64,000 bases of DNA from Thermoanaerobaculia bacterium. Lineage in GTDB: Bacteria > Acidobacteriota > Thermoanaerobaculia > UBA5066 > Gp7-AA6. The notes under the pieces are model-generated. The model had not been told where the DNA came from. It saw only the letters and a program-made list of their open reading frames with translations, and made no database searches. A program made the translations under genes and the position numbers. Below, piece by piece: positions 42,601 to 52,122 of the stretch (the stretch's first letter is position 1; the number at the start of each line of letters is the position of its first letter). The stretch covers positions 51,022 through 115,021 of the forward strand of contig JBBSEW010000003.1 of the NCBI GenBank assembly GCA_038239305.1, written 5' to 3'.

Positions 42601-43908
42601 TCAGACCGGGCGCCGACCTCGTCCGCGCCCGCCGCGTCGCCGCCGCTTCGGACCGGCCGGCGGTGTCTTCTCCGCGTCCGCTTCGAGGCTGTCCCGCGTT
42701 TTCCAGGCGAGCTCGGAGAAGGCGCGCCATGCTGAGACGAGCTCGTCGTTACGGCCGGTGGCCATCGATACGAGATCGAACACGTCGAGCGCGGCGGCGA
42801 AGCCCTCCCGAAAGACGAGCCTTCGGGTCGCGATCCGGTTGTCGGGCCGGAAGGAGAACCGGCCGATCGTCAGGAGCGCCTGCTGGATCTTGTGCGTGAT
42901 GGCGTGCGGCAGGGTCATGCGGAGAGCGATCGGCGGGATGATCTCCTCGAAAACTTTTCCGAGGAGGCCCGGATCCGGATCGCCGCCGGGAGCCGCATCC
43001 CGGATTCGCGCCCGGGCGATCGGGAGGAAGAAGAGCGAGAAGAGAGCGGCGTCGTCGAAGACGCGCCCGCGCCGCCGTTCCGCGTCGAGCACCTCGAGAA
43101 GCGACCAGAACAGGTGGCCGGTTCCGTGGGGATGATCGGGGTCGATCTCGCGGAGCACGTGGGCGAGCTCGGGGAGGAGCGCGTCCAGGAGGCCCACCTC
43201 GCGCAGCAGGAGGAACGTCGGAAGCGCGTGCCCGCCCTTGAGCGACTGAAGGAGCTCCTCGGTCACGCGCGGAGGTGCGGACTTGACGATCTCCTTCCGG
43301 CATTCGAGGATCGCCTCGTACGCGTCGGGCGTGATGGCGAACCCGAGCCGGCTCGCAAACTCGACGGCCCGCAGCATCCGGACGGGATCCTCCTGGAAAC
43401 GGATCCGGGGGTCGCCGATCGTCCGGACCAGGCCCGCCTCGAGGTCGTCGAGGCCGCCGACGTAGTCGATGACGGAGAAATCCGAGACGTCGTAGAAGAG
43501 GCCGTTGATCGTGAAGTCGCGGCGGAGGGCGTCCTCGCGGGCCGTCCCGAACGTGTTGTCGGAGGTCATCAGCAGCTCGGGCGTCTTTTCGTCGGCCGGA
43601 TCGGGCCGGCGGCGGAACGTGGCCACCTCGACGACTTTTCCATTGGCGAAGAGGAGGTGGGCGAGCCGGAAACGGCGCCCGATCAACCGGCAGTTCCGGA
43701 AGAGCCGGCGTATGGCCTGGGGATGGGCGTCGGTGCCGATGTCGAAGTCCTTCGGCGTCCGCCCGAGGAGAAGGTCGCGGACGCTGCCGCCCACGAGATA
43801 CCCCTTGTTACCCGCGGACGAGAGACGGTAGAGAACCTTCAGCGCGTCCGGGTCGATCCGCTTGCGCGAGATGGGGTGCTCGCTGCGCGGCCGAACGCGC
43901 GGAGGCAC
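42601..43908 (-). CDS. pcnB: Poly(A) polymerase / CCA-adding nucleotidyltransferase family (PcnB-like)
   Basis: GGSVRDLLLGRTPKDFD nucleotidyltransferase motif, RRDFTINGLFYD, and an Arg-rich C-terminal tail. Confidence 0.8.
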   Translation of the reverse strand: MPPRVRPRSEHPISRKRIDPDALKVLYRLSSAGNKGYLVGGSVRDLLLGRTPKDFDIGTDAHPQAIRRLFRNCRLIGRRFRLAHLLFANGKVVEVATFRRRPDPADEKTPELLMTSDNTFGTAREDALRRDFTINGLFYDVSDFSVIDYVGGLDDLEAGLVRTIGDPRIRFQEDPVRMLRAVEFASRLGFAITPDAYEAILECRKEIVKSAPPRVTEELLQSLKGGHALPTFLLLREVGLLDALLPELAHVLREIDPDHPHGTGHLFWSLLEVLDAERRRGRVFDDAALFSLFFLPIARARIRDAAPGGDPDPGLLGKVFEEIIPPIALRMTLPHAITHKIQQALLTIGRFSFRPDNRIATRRLVFREGFAAALDVFDLVSMATGRNDELVSAWRAFSELAWKTRDSLEADAEKTPPAGPKRRRRGGRGRGRRPV

Positions 43909-44146
43909 CGGGAGAGCTTCGGAGTGTGAAATGGTCGGGCTCGAGATCGGCGAATTCGCTTCGTTTATGACGGTCCTCGTTCAGGTGACAGGGGTCGGTG
44001 GCAGGCGACCGGGTTTCGAAATGGAGTGCGGCGTGGCTTGCCTTGCCGCGGCCGCCGGGAGCCAGGGATCGTGATCATCACTCATCCGGCGACCGGCATC
44101 GAACATCCGGCTCATTCTAGCCGAAATGATTGACGGAATTGATCTT

Positions 44147-44176
44147 TTGACTTTGTTCGACGCTCTGCGAAAGAAT
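44147..44176 (+). promoter_or_regulatory. Possible sigma70-like promoter for the liv operon (TTGACT-N18-AAGAAT)
   Basis: -35 at 44147..44152 and a -10-like hexamer at 44171..44176. The spacing is one nt longer than optimal. Confidence 0.25.
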
Positions 44177-44215
44177 ACGCCGTCTTTCCGTTTCTCATTC
44201 GAGGAGGCTTCATCC

Positions 44216-45367
44216 ATGAGGTTGCGTACCGCACTCGCCGCCGTGGCGGCCGCTGTTCTGGTCACTATTCTCGCGTGCGCCAAAGCGAGCTCGGGCAATG
44301 AAATCCTGGTCGGAGAATACGGCTCGCTGACCGGCGGAATCGCGACTTTCGGCATCTCGACCCGCGACGGTTCCCAGCAGGCCTTCGACGAGATCAACAA
44401 GGCGGGCGGAGTCCTTGGCAAGAAAATCAAGCTCCTCGTCGAGGATGACCAGAGCAAGCCCGAGGAAGTCGGAACGATCGTCACGAAGCTCATCAACCAG
44501 GATCACGTCGTCGCGATGCTCGGCCACGTGGCCTCGACCCATTCGCTCGCCGCGGCCCCCGTCTGCCAGAAGAACGGCATCCCGATGATCACGCCCTCAT
44601 CTACCAATCCGGCCGTCACCCAGAAGGGCGACTACATCTTCCGCGTCTGCTTTATGGACACGTTTCAGGGCGCGACGATGGCGAAGTTCGCGGCCGACAC
44701 GCTGAAGGCGAAGAAGGTCGCGATCCTGGTGGACGTCCGCAGCGACTACTCCGTGGGCCTCAAGGACGTCTTCAGCGAGAACTTCACGAAGCGCGGCGGC
44801 AAGATCGTCGTCGTGCAGTCCTACAGCCAGGGCGACTCCGACTTCCACGCGCAGCTCACCCAGATCAAGGCGACCTCCCCCGACGCGATCTACGTGCCCG
44901 GGTACTACACGGAGGTCGGCACCATCGCCCATCAGGCGAAGGAGCTCGGCGTGACGGTGCCTCTCATGGGAGGCGACGGCTGGGACTCGCCGAAGCTCTG
45001 GGAGATCGGCGGCGAGGCGCTGAACGGATGTTTCTTCTCGGATCATTATTCGACGGACGACCCGTCGCCGATCGTCCAGAAGTTCGTGACCGAATACAGG
45101 TCGCGCTACAAGCAGACTCCGGACGCGCTGGCCGCGCTCGCCTACGACGCCGCCAAGATCCTCGCGGAGGCATTCACGCGCGCGGGGACGACCGAGGGTC
45201 CGAAACTGCGCGACGCGATCGCCGCGACGAAGGATTATCAGGGCGTGACCGGGAAGATCACGCTCGACAAGGATCGCAACGCGGTCAAGCCGGCCACGGT
45301 GCTGAAGGTCGAGAACGGCAAATACGTCCTCGTCGAGACGATCTCGCCGGAGTCGGTCAAACTCTGA
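44216..45367 (+). CDS. Branched-chain amino acid ABC transporter substrate-binding protein (LivJ/K-like lipoprotein)
   Basis: GGAGG (44203..44207) precedes ATG 44216, and a lipobox-like ILAC is present. Type I periplasmic binding-protein fold blocks are present (LVEDDQSKPEE, GHVASTHS). Confidence 0.85.
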   Translation: MRLRTALAAVAAAVLVTILACAKASSGNEILVGEYGSLTGGIATFGISTRDGSQQAFDEINKAGGVLGKKIKLLVEDDQSKPEEVGTIVTKLINQDHVVAMLGHVASTHSLAAAPVCQKNGIPMITPSSTNPAVTQKGDYIFRVCFMDTFQGATMAKFAADTLKAKKVAILVDVRSDYSVGLKDVFSENFTKRGGKIVVVQSYSQGDSDFHAQLTQIKATSPDAIYVPGYYTEVGTIAHQAKELGVTVPLMGGDGWDSPKLWEIGGEALNGCFFSDHYSTDDPSPIVQKFVTEYRSRYKQTPDALAALAYDAAKILAEAFTRAGTTEGPKLRDAIAATKDYQGVTGKITLDKDRNAVKPATVLKVENGKYVLVETISPESVKL

Positions 45368-45483
45368 CCACGGAGGCATTCGCGGAGAGCCTCTAGACGC
45401 CGCCTTCCGATCCGGCACGGCCGGGAATCGATCCGCGGCCCCATCCCGCCCCGGCGGTGTCTGGCGCTCCCCGGCATTCCGAC

Positions 45484-46380
45484 ATGACGACTTTTTTTCA
45501 ACAACTCGTCAACGGACTGTCGCTCGGCGCAATTTACGCCCTGATCGCCCTCGGTTACACGATGGTGTACGGCGTCCTGCGCCTGATCAACTTCGCCCAT
45601 GGAGACGTCTACATGGTCGGCGCCTACGTCGGGTACTACCTGTCGCGCCGCCTCCAGGGGAAAGAGCCCTCCCTTCCCTCGGCGATCCTCGTGATGCTCG
45701 GCGCCATGCTCGCCTGCGCCATCTTCGGCCTCCTGATCGAGCGGCTCGCGTACAGGCCCGTGCGACGCGCGTCGCGGCTCACGCTTCTCATTACGGCGAT
45801 CGGCGTGTCCCTATTCATCGAGAACGCGGCCCAGCTCGTCTTCGGGCCCGATCCCAAGTTTTTTCCATCGCTCGCGCCTCGCGCGGACTTCATCATCGGG
45901 GGCGTCCGGCTGACGAGCGAGCAGATCACCGTCGTCGTCGTCTCCTTTTTGCTGATGATCGCCCTGCGGTTCTTCATCCAGAAGACACGGACGGGCAAGG
46001 CGATGCGCGCGGTCTCCTACAACCTCGACGCCGCCAAGCTCATGGGGATCTCGACGGATCGGATCATCGCGACGACCTTCGCGATCGGGTCGGCGCTCGC
46101 GGCCGCCGCGGGTGTTCTCATCGGCATGCAGATCCCCAAGATCGACCCCCTGATGGGCATCCTGTACGGCCTCAAGGCGTTCGTCGCCGCTGTGCTGGGG
46201 GGGATCGGCAGCGTGCCGGGCGCGGTCCTCGGGGGCCTGCTCATCGGGACCTCCGAGGTCATGGTCGTGGGATACCTGTCGTCGACCTATCGCGACGCGA
46301 TTGCCTTCGGCATCCTGATCCTGGTCCTCATTCTTCGTCCGCAGGGCATCCTGGGCCGGGTGCACAAGGAGAAGGTTTGA
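45484..46380 (+). CDS. livH: Branched-chain amino acid ABC transporter permease LivH
   Basis: MTTFFQQLVNGLSLGAIYALIALGYTMVYGVLRLINFAHGD is the canonical LivH N-terminus. Confidence 0.9.
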   Translation: MTTFFQQLVNGLSLGAIYALIALGYTMVYGVLRLINFAHGDVYMVGAYVGYYLSRRLQGKEPSLPSAILVMLGAMLACAIFGLLIERLAYRPVRRASRLTLLITAIGVSLFIENAAQLVFGPDPKFFPSLAPRADFIIGGVRLTSEQITVVVVSFLLMIALRFFIQKTRTGKAMRAVSYNLDAAKLMGISTDRIIATTFAIGSALAAAAGVLIGMQIPKIDPLMGILYGLKAFVAAVLGGIGSVPGAVLGGLLIGTSEVMVVGYLSSTYRDAIAFGILILVLILRPQGILGRVHKEKV

Positions 46381-47396
46381 GGAACGCGCTCATCGCGGCC
46401 GGTACCATCGGTCTCCTCCTCGCGCTGAACGCCCTCTTCACGGGCTCGCTCGTTGCCGGCGTCGCGATGCCTCCGTACATCCTCCAGGTCCTCTGCCTGG
46501 CGGGCATCAACATCATCCTGGCCGTGAGCCTGAACCTGATCAACGGGTTCACCGGGCAGTTCTCGATCGGGCATGCCGGGTTCATGGCGATCGGGGCGTA
46601 CGCGTCGGCCTACGTGACGGTGGGCTGGGGCGATCGGATTCGCGCCGTGATCGGATTTCTTCCCGAGTTCGCCCGGGACGGCGCGCTCCTCGTCATCGCG
46701 CTGGCGGTCGGGGCGCTCCTGGCGGCGATCGCGGGATTCTTCGTCGGCGTGCCGTCGCTGCGGCTGCGCGGCGACTATCTCGCGATCGTGACGCTCGGAT
46801 TCGGGGAGATCATCCGCGTCTTCATCCTGAACATCGACGCCGTGGGCGGCGCGCGCGGCTACTCGGGCATTCCGAAGCTCGCGAACTTCTTCTGGATCTA
46901 CCTTTTCGCGGCGTTGACCGTAGTCGTCGTTTCCCGGACGGTGAGCTCGTCGTTCGGGCGCACGCTCATCGCGATCCGCGAGGACGAGATCGCCGCGGAA
47001 GCCATGGGTGTCGACACCACGCGCGCGAAGGTAATTTCCTTCGTCATCTCGTCGGCCCTCGCCGGGATCGGAGGCGGCCTCTTCGGCCACTACCTCATGT
47101 ATCTCCACACCAACTCGTTCACGTTCATCAAGTCGATCGAGATCATCATCATGATCGTCATCGGCGGGCTGGGCTCGATCACGGGATCGGTGCTCGGCGC
47201 CATCCTCTACATCGGCCTCACGGAGGGCCTCCGCGAGTTCGCCCAGTACCGGATGATCCTGTTTTCGCTGCTGCTCATCATCATCATGATCGTGAGGCCG
47301 CAAGGGATCCTCGGCCACTTCGAGGTGCGCCAGCTGTTCACCCGGCGCCGGCGGGCCGACGCTCCCGAGCCGCCGCCGGTGAAGAGCCAGGCCTAG
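46377..47396 (+). CDS. livM: Branched-chain amino acid ABC transporter permease LivM
   Basis: 339 aa. The block NLINGFTGQFSIGHAGFMAIGAY is typical of LivM. Confidence 0.9.
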   Translation: MRNALIAAGTIGLLLALNALFTGSLVAGVAMPPYILQVLCLAGINIILAVSLNLINGFTGQFSIGHAGFMAIGAYASAYVTVGWGDRIRAVIGFLPEFARDGALLVIALAVGALLAAIAGFFVGVPSLRLRGDYLAIVTLGFGEIIRVFILNIDAVGGARGYSGIPKLANFFWIYLFAALTVVVVSRTVSSSFGRTLIAIREDEIAAEAMGVDTTRAKVISFVISSALAGIGGGLFGHYLMYLHTNSFTFIKSIEIIIMIVIGGLGSITGSVLGAILYIGLTEGLREFAQYRMILFSLLLIIIMIVRPQGILGHFEVRQLFTRRRRADAPEPPPVKSQA

Positions 47397-47405
47397 GCCG
47401 ACGTC

Positions 47406-48167
47406 ATGGCGATCCTCGAGCTCTCCGACGTCACGATGCGGTTTGGCGGCCTGGTCGCCGTCAACGCGCTGAACCTGAAAATCGAGCCCGGGCAACTGTA
47501 CGGGCTGATCGGCCCGAATGGCGCCGGCAAGACAACGGCGTTCAACGTGATCACGGGCGTGTATTCGCCGACATCCGGGGCCGTCCTGTTCGACGGGAAC
47601 GACATCGCCGGAGAGCGGTCCGGTCTGATCACGCGCCGCGGAATCGCCCGCACCTTCCAGAACATCCGGCTCTTCGGAGACATGACGGTGCTCGACAACG
47701 TCAAGGTCGCGTTCCACTGCCGCCAGGAGGCGGGGGTGGCGGCGGCGGTCCTTCGGACGTCCACCCACCGGTCCGAGGAGGTTCGCGTGGATCGGGAGAG
47801 CCGCGAGCTCCTGAAGATTTTCGCGCTCGAAGCCTTCGCAGAAGACAAGGCGCGCAACCTCCCGTACGGCAGCCAGCGGAGGCTCGAGATCGCCCGCGGC
47901 ATGGCGACGTCGCCGCGCCTCCTCCTGCTCGACGAGCCGGCCGCGGGCATGAACCCGCAGGAATCGGTTCAGCTCATGGACCTGATCCGCTGGATCCGGG
48001 ATCGCTTCGGGATGGCGGTTCTCCTGGTAGAGCACAACATGAAGGTCGTCATGGGAATCTGCGAGACCGTTCACGTGCTCGATTACGGATCGACGATCGC
48101 CGTCGGCAAGCCGGCGGAAATCCAGAGCAACCCGAAGGTCATCGAAGCCTACCTGGGCGGCGCATGA
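47406..48167 (+). CDS. livG: Branched-chain amino acid ABC transporter ATP-binding protein LivG
   Basis: Walker A GPNGAGKTT, LPYGSQRRLEIARG, and Walker B LLLLDEPAAG. Confidence 0.9.
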   Translation: MAILELSDVTMRFGGLVAVNALNLKIEPGQLYGLIGPNGAGKTTAFNVITGVYSPTSGAVLFDGNDIAGERSGLITRRGIARTFQNIRLFGDMTVLDNVKVAFHCRQEAGVAAAVLRTSTHRSEEVRVDRESRELLKIFALEAFAEDKARNLPYGSQRRLEIARGMATSPRLLLLDEPAAGMNPQESVQLMDLIRWIRDRFGMAVLLVEHNMKVVMGICETVHVLDYGSTIAVGKPAEIQSNPKVIEAYLGGA

Positions 48168-48901
48168 GCCTGCCCTCCGGAACGATGCTGACCGAGCCGG
48201 TCCTGGAGGTGCGGGACCTGCGCGTCTTTTACGGCGCGATCGAGGCCTTGAAGGGCGTGTCGCTCGTGCTGCGTCCGGGAGAGATCGTGACGCTGATCGG
48301 CGCCAATGGCGCGGGCAAGTCGACCACGCTGCGGGCGATCATGGGCCTCGTGCCGGTGAAGTCCGGCGACGTCTTTTTCCAGGGCCACCCGGCGAAGAAC
48401 GAGCCGACGTTCCGGCTCGTCCGGAACGGGCTCGTGCTCGTTCCCGAAGGGCGGGCGATCTTCGCGAACCTGTCCGTGCATGAAAACCTGGAGATGGGCG
48501 CGTACGCGCGGCGTGACAAGGAAATCGACTCGGATATGGATCGCGTCTTCCAGGTCTTCCCGAGGCTGAAGGAGCGGGACAAGCAGACGGCGGGGACCCT
48601 GTCGGGAGGCGAGCAGCAGATGCTCGCGATCGGGCGCGCGCTGATGTCGCGGCCGAAGGTTCTCCTCCTGGACGAACCGTCTCTCGGTCTCGCTCCGCTT
48701 CTCGTCCACACGATCTTCGAGGCAATCGAGGAGATTCATCGCCAGGGAACGCCCGTCCTCCTCGTCGAGCAGAACGCGAACGCCGCCCTGAAGCACTCGA
48801 GCCGGGCGTACGTACTGGAGACCGGGACCGTCTCGCTCGAGGGGACCTCCGCCGAGGTCGCCGCGAATCCGAAGGTCAAGGAAGCGTATTTAGGCGAATA
48901 G
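48164..48901 (+). CDS. livF: Branched-chain amino acid ABC transporter ATP-binding protein LivF
   Basis: The ATG overlaps the livG stop (ATGA). Walker A GANGAGKST, signature LSGGEQQM, Walker B LLLDEPS. Confidence 0.9.
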   Translation: MSLPSGTMLTEPVLEVRDLRVFYGAIEALKGVSLVLRPGEIVTLIGANGAGKSTTLRAIMGLVPVKSGDVFFQGHPAKNEPTFRLVRNGLVLVPEGRAIFANLSVHENLEMGAYARRDKEIDSDMDRVFQVFPRLKERDKQTAGTLSGGEQQMLAIGRALMSRPKVLLLDEPSLGLAPLLVHTIFEAIEEIHRQGTPVLLVEQNANAALKHSSRAYVLETGTVSLEGTSAEVAANPKVKEAYLGE

Positions 48902-48922
48902 AGAGATTCGGGCAGGAACCCT

Positions 48923-48986
48923 GATCTCGCGATCTCGCGATCTCATGATCTCGCGATCGATCGTTCGATCGTGGGATCGGGTGATC
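48923..48986. repeat. 8-bp tandem array with GATC in phase (GATCTCGC x2, GATCTCAT, GATCTCGC, GATCGATC, GTTCGATC, GTGGGATC, GGGTGATC)
   Basis: Direct reading. This is the reverse-complement orientation of the 2488..2523 array. Confidence 0.95.
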
Positions 48987-49018
48987 GGGAACTTCGATCG
49001 CGGAATGCGGATGCCGGG

Positions 49019-49534
49019 TCAGGCCATTCGCGGGGCGACGATACCGGTCGTCGCGCTTCTCCTCTCGAGCAGGACCACGTCGCGCCAGCGGTTCTGTCCG
49101 AATCCGACGCGCTCCCGGACTCCGATCCTGCGGAAGCCGTGTCGTTCGTGGAGGGCCAGGGAGGCGGCGTTTTCGGGAAAGACTCCCGCCTGGAGAGTCC
49201 AGATCCCCGCATCTTCCGAGCCATGGACGAGCGCCGCGAGGAGCGCCGTCCCCACGCCGCGGCCCCGCGCGTCCGAGCGGACGTAGATGCTCACCTCGGC
49301 CACTCCCGCATAGACGGGGCGCAGCGAAACAGGGGAGAGGGCGGCCCAGCCGAGAGTCCCGTCGGATCCGGTCGCGAGGTACCGACACTCCTTCCGGTGG
49401 GCTGCATCCCACGTCTCCCACGCGGGAGCTCGCGTTTCGAAGGTCGCATCTCCGCTCGCGATCCCCTCGAGGAAGATCTGACGGACGGCGTCGCGGTCCG
49501 AGGGCCGCAAGGGGCGAACCGCGATGTCAGGCAC
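49019..49534 (-). CDS. GNAT family N-acetyltransferase (phosphinothricin acetyltransferase-like)
   Basis: 171 aa. The PAT-like blocks are ATFETRAPAWETW, VSIYVRSDARGRGVG and HERHGFRRIG. Confidence 0.8.
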   Translation of the reverse strand: MPDIAVRPLRPSDRDAVRQIFLEGIASGDATFETRAPAWETWDAAHRKECRYLATGSDGTLGWAALSPVSLRPVYAGVAEVSIYVRSDARGRGVGTALLAALVHGSEDAGIWTLQAGVFPENAASLALHERHGFRRIGVRERVGFGQNRWRDVVLLERRSATTGIVAPRMA

Positions 49535-50135
49535 GGGCGAGGATCGCTCGAATCTTCTCGATGGTGTTCCAGGTGCGCGCGGTGGCCGGGACCCCGAATT
49601 CTCTCTCGACGACGTCCATTGCGAGGAGCCGGGGGGAGGGCCTCCAGAAGGAGAGCACGAAGGGCCCGGCCGCCGCGAGCACCTGCATTTGCCAGTCCGT
49701 CCCGTCGGGTCTCCGGATCGGAAGCCGGGGCCGGGTCTTCGGCTCCCGCGTGAGCACCGTCAGGAGACGTCGAACGTCGCCCGGCGGGCTCGCCGGAAAC
49801 GGTTCGCTGTCCATGAGAGCGAGCAGCTGTTTCGCCGGGACGATCGCCACCTCGGCCTCGAACGGGAGCTTTTCGAGGAGAGCCGCCCGAAGCGCCGCGA
49901 TGCTCGGAGCCTTCAACGCCACGAAAGTTCCCGCGGCGCCGACGTTGACGAGCCCGAAGGCCGCGAGCTCCCGCGCGAGCGCTGCCGGCTGGAAGGTCTT
50001 GTTTCCGCCCACGTTGACGCCCTTCAGGAACGCGACCAGGCGAAGGGTGCGCCCGGAACCCGTCTCCGTGCGGGCCGGGACCGTCTTCGCCTTTCCCGTC
50101 CGCTTGCGGGGCGTTGCCGTCTCCCGGGGGCTCAC
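49527..50135 (-). CDS. DUF1697 domain-containing protein
   Basis: LVAFLKGVNVGGNKTFQPAALARELAAFGLVNVGAAGTFV matches the DUF1697 signature. Its GTG overlaps the upstream stop (GTGA). Confidence 0.75.
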   Translation of the reverse strand: MSPRETATPRKRTGKAKTVPARTETGSGRTLRLVAFLKGVNVGGNKTFQPAALARELAAFGLVNVGAAGTFVALKAPSIAALRAALLEKLPFEAEVAIVPAKQLLALMDSEPFPASPPGDVRRLLTVLTREPKTRPRLPIRRPDGTDWQMQVLAAAGPFVLSFWRPSPRLLAMDVVEREFGVPATARTWNTIEKIRAILARA

Positions 50136-50980
50136 GGGCGTTTGCTCTTTTCCCGGAGGTAGGCCGCGATCTCCGGGCGGTTCAGGTGCTCGGCCCAGTC
50201 CGCGGGGGTGCCGTCGTAGATGCGATCCCGGAGTTCGAGGTCGCCGCCCGCCTCGACCAGCGTCCGCACGGCCTCGAGAGAACCGGAGTCCACCGCGTGG
50301 TGGAGCGCCGTGGCGTGCGGGTGGAAGGAAGCTTCGCCGTAGGCATTCACGTCGACGCCGCGGGCGAGCATGGGCACGAGCAGGAGGCGGAGCGCCGGAA
50401 CGTCTCCATTGAGGGCGGCTCCGGCCAGGGCCGCCTGGTATTCCACCGGGTCTGCCGCCGCTAGCAGACGCGAAGCGTCGTCCATCCGGCCCGTGCAGAC
50501 GGCGGTCAGCAGATCGAGCGAGGCGCCGTGCTCGAGCAGGCGCTCGACCGCCGCCACCTCGCGGTGCGCGAGGGCGGCGGTCTTGGCGGCGTCCGCCCGG
50601 GCTCCCGCCTCGATCAGGAGATCGATGAGCTCGAGCTGGACGCCTCGCTCCCGCGGGACGCGGCCGGAGCTCACGAGCCCGAGCGCGTAGTCGGCCTGTT
50701 CCGGGAGGCTCTCGACGCGGTGGCGCTTCGCCGCCCCGAGAATCGTCCGGGTGACGTCGCCGATGTTCGCGGGCAAGGTGCCGTTCCGGATCGGATTCTC
50801 CGCCACGAACCAGAGCAGATACGGCCGGCGGAAGTATCCGAGCCCCTCGTAGTCCTCGAGCCGCTCCCGGACGAGCCGCGGCTCGGCGGCGAGGAGCTTT
50901 TCCAGCGCGAGGACGTTCCCCGCGTCGATCGCCGCGACCGCCTCGCGGAAGGCCGGGTCGGCGATCTCGGGAGCGCTCAT
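50132..50980 (-). CDS. Ankyrin repeat-containing protein
   Basis: Ankyrin consensus in TALHHAVDSGSLEAVRTLVEAGGDLELRD, with additional degenerate repeats. Confidence 0.65.
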   Translation of the reverse strand: MSAPEIADPAFREAVAAIDAGNVLALEKLLAAEPRLVRERLEDYEGLGYFRRPYLLWFVAENPIRNGTLPANIGDVTRTILGAAKRHRVESLPEQADYALGLVSSGRVPRERGVQLELIDLLIEAGARADAAKTAALAHREVAAVERLLEHGASLDLLTAVCTGRMDDASRLLAAADPVEYQAALAGAALNGDVPALRLLLVPMLARGVDVNAYGEASFHPHATALHHAVDSGSLEAVRTLVEAGGDLELRDRIYDGTPADWAEHLNRPEIAAYLREKSKRP

Positions 50981-50996
50981 GCTGCCGGCGAGTCGG

Positions 50997-52118
50997 CTAC
51001 CGCGCCTCGAGCGGCACGTAGGGCTGGGGGTAGGCCGGTCCGATGTATTCCGCGCGCGGCCGGATCAGGCGGTTGTGGGCGTACTGCTCGAGCACATGCG
51101 CCGTCCAGCCGGAGATTCGGGAGATGGCGAAGACCGGCGTGAACAGGTCGATCGGAATTCCGAGCATCGGGTAGACGGACGCCGAGTAGAAATCCACGTT
51201 CGCGTTCAGCTTCTTTTCCTGACGTATCAAGTCCTCGATCCGGTGAGACATGTCGTACAGCGTCGTGTCGCCGGCCTCGCGCGCGACTTCCTCCGACATG
51301 CGGCGCAGGTGGGTGGCGCGCGGATCCTCCGTGGTGTACACGCGGTGCCCGAAGCCCATGATCTTGTCCTTGCGTGCGAGGCGCGCATGGATGTCGGCGT
51401 CCACCCGGTCGAGCGAGCCGATCTCCTTCAGCATCTTCAGCACCGCCTCATTGGCGCCGCCGTGAAGCGGTCCCTTGAGAGTGCCGATCGCGGAGGTGAC
51501 GGCGGAGTGGATGTCCGAGAGCGTCGCGGCCGTGACGCGAGCGGCGAAGGTGCTTGCGTTCAGCTCGTGATCCGCGTGCAGGATGAGAGCGATGTCCAGG
51601 GCGCGGACGGCCGACGACCGGGCGGTCTCGCCATTCAGCATGCGAAGAAAGTCCTCGGCGTGGCCCCGGCCGGGATCCGGCGGAACGGGAGCCTTTCCGG
51701 TGCGGAGCCTGTGAAAGGCGGCGACGAGCGTCGCGATCTGGCCCGTGAGACGGACGGCCTTCCGGCGATTCGCGTCCGGAGTCATGGACGCCGCGTCGGG
51801 GTCGGTGGCCGAGAGCGCCGACACCGCTGTCCGCAGGGCATCCATCGGAACGGCGCTCTTTCCGAGCCGCTTCAGGAGCTCGATCGATTCCTCCGGAACA
51901 GGCCGTTCCCGACCGATCTCCGCGCGCACCCGCTCGAGCTCATCGCGTCGGGGGAGCCGGCCCTCCCAGAGAAGAAAGCAGACTTCTTCGAAGGAAGATT
52001 TCTGCGCGAGCTCGTGGATGTCGATCCCGCGGTACGAGAGAATTCCCTTTGCCCCGTCGATGTAGCAGATCGCCGAATCCGCCGCGACGATGTCCTGGAG
52101 GCCTTCGACGTCGACCAT
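50997..52118 (-). CDS. gltA: Citrate synthase (short, 373-aa type; citrate/2-methylcitrate synthase family)
   Basis: GFGHRVYTTEDPR, HADHELNAST and other catalytic blocks. Confidence 0.9.
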   Translation of the reverse strand: MVDVEGLQDIVAADSAICYIDGAKGILSYRGIDIHELAQKSSFEEVCFLLWEGRLPRRDELERVRAEIGRERPVPEESIELLKRLGKSAVPMDALRTAVSALSATDPDAASMTPDANRRKAVRLTGQIATLVAAFHRLRTGKAPVPPDPGRGHAEDFLRMLNGETARSSAVRALDIALILHADHELNASTFAARVTAATLSDIHSAVTSAIGTLKGPLHGGANEAVLKMLKEIGSLDRVDADIHARLARKDKIMGFGHRVYTTEDPRATHLRRMSEEVAREAGDTTLYDMSHRIEDLIRQEKKLNANVDFYSASVYPMLGIPIDLFTPVFAISRISGWTAHVLEQYAHNRLIRPRAEYIGPAYPQPYVPLEAR

Positions 52119-52122
52119 CCGG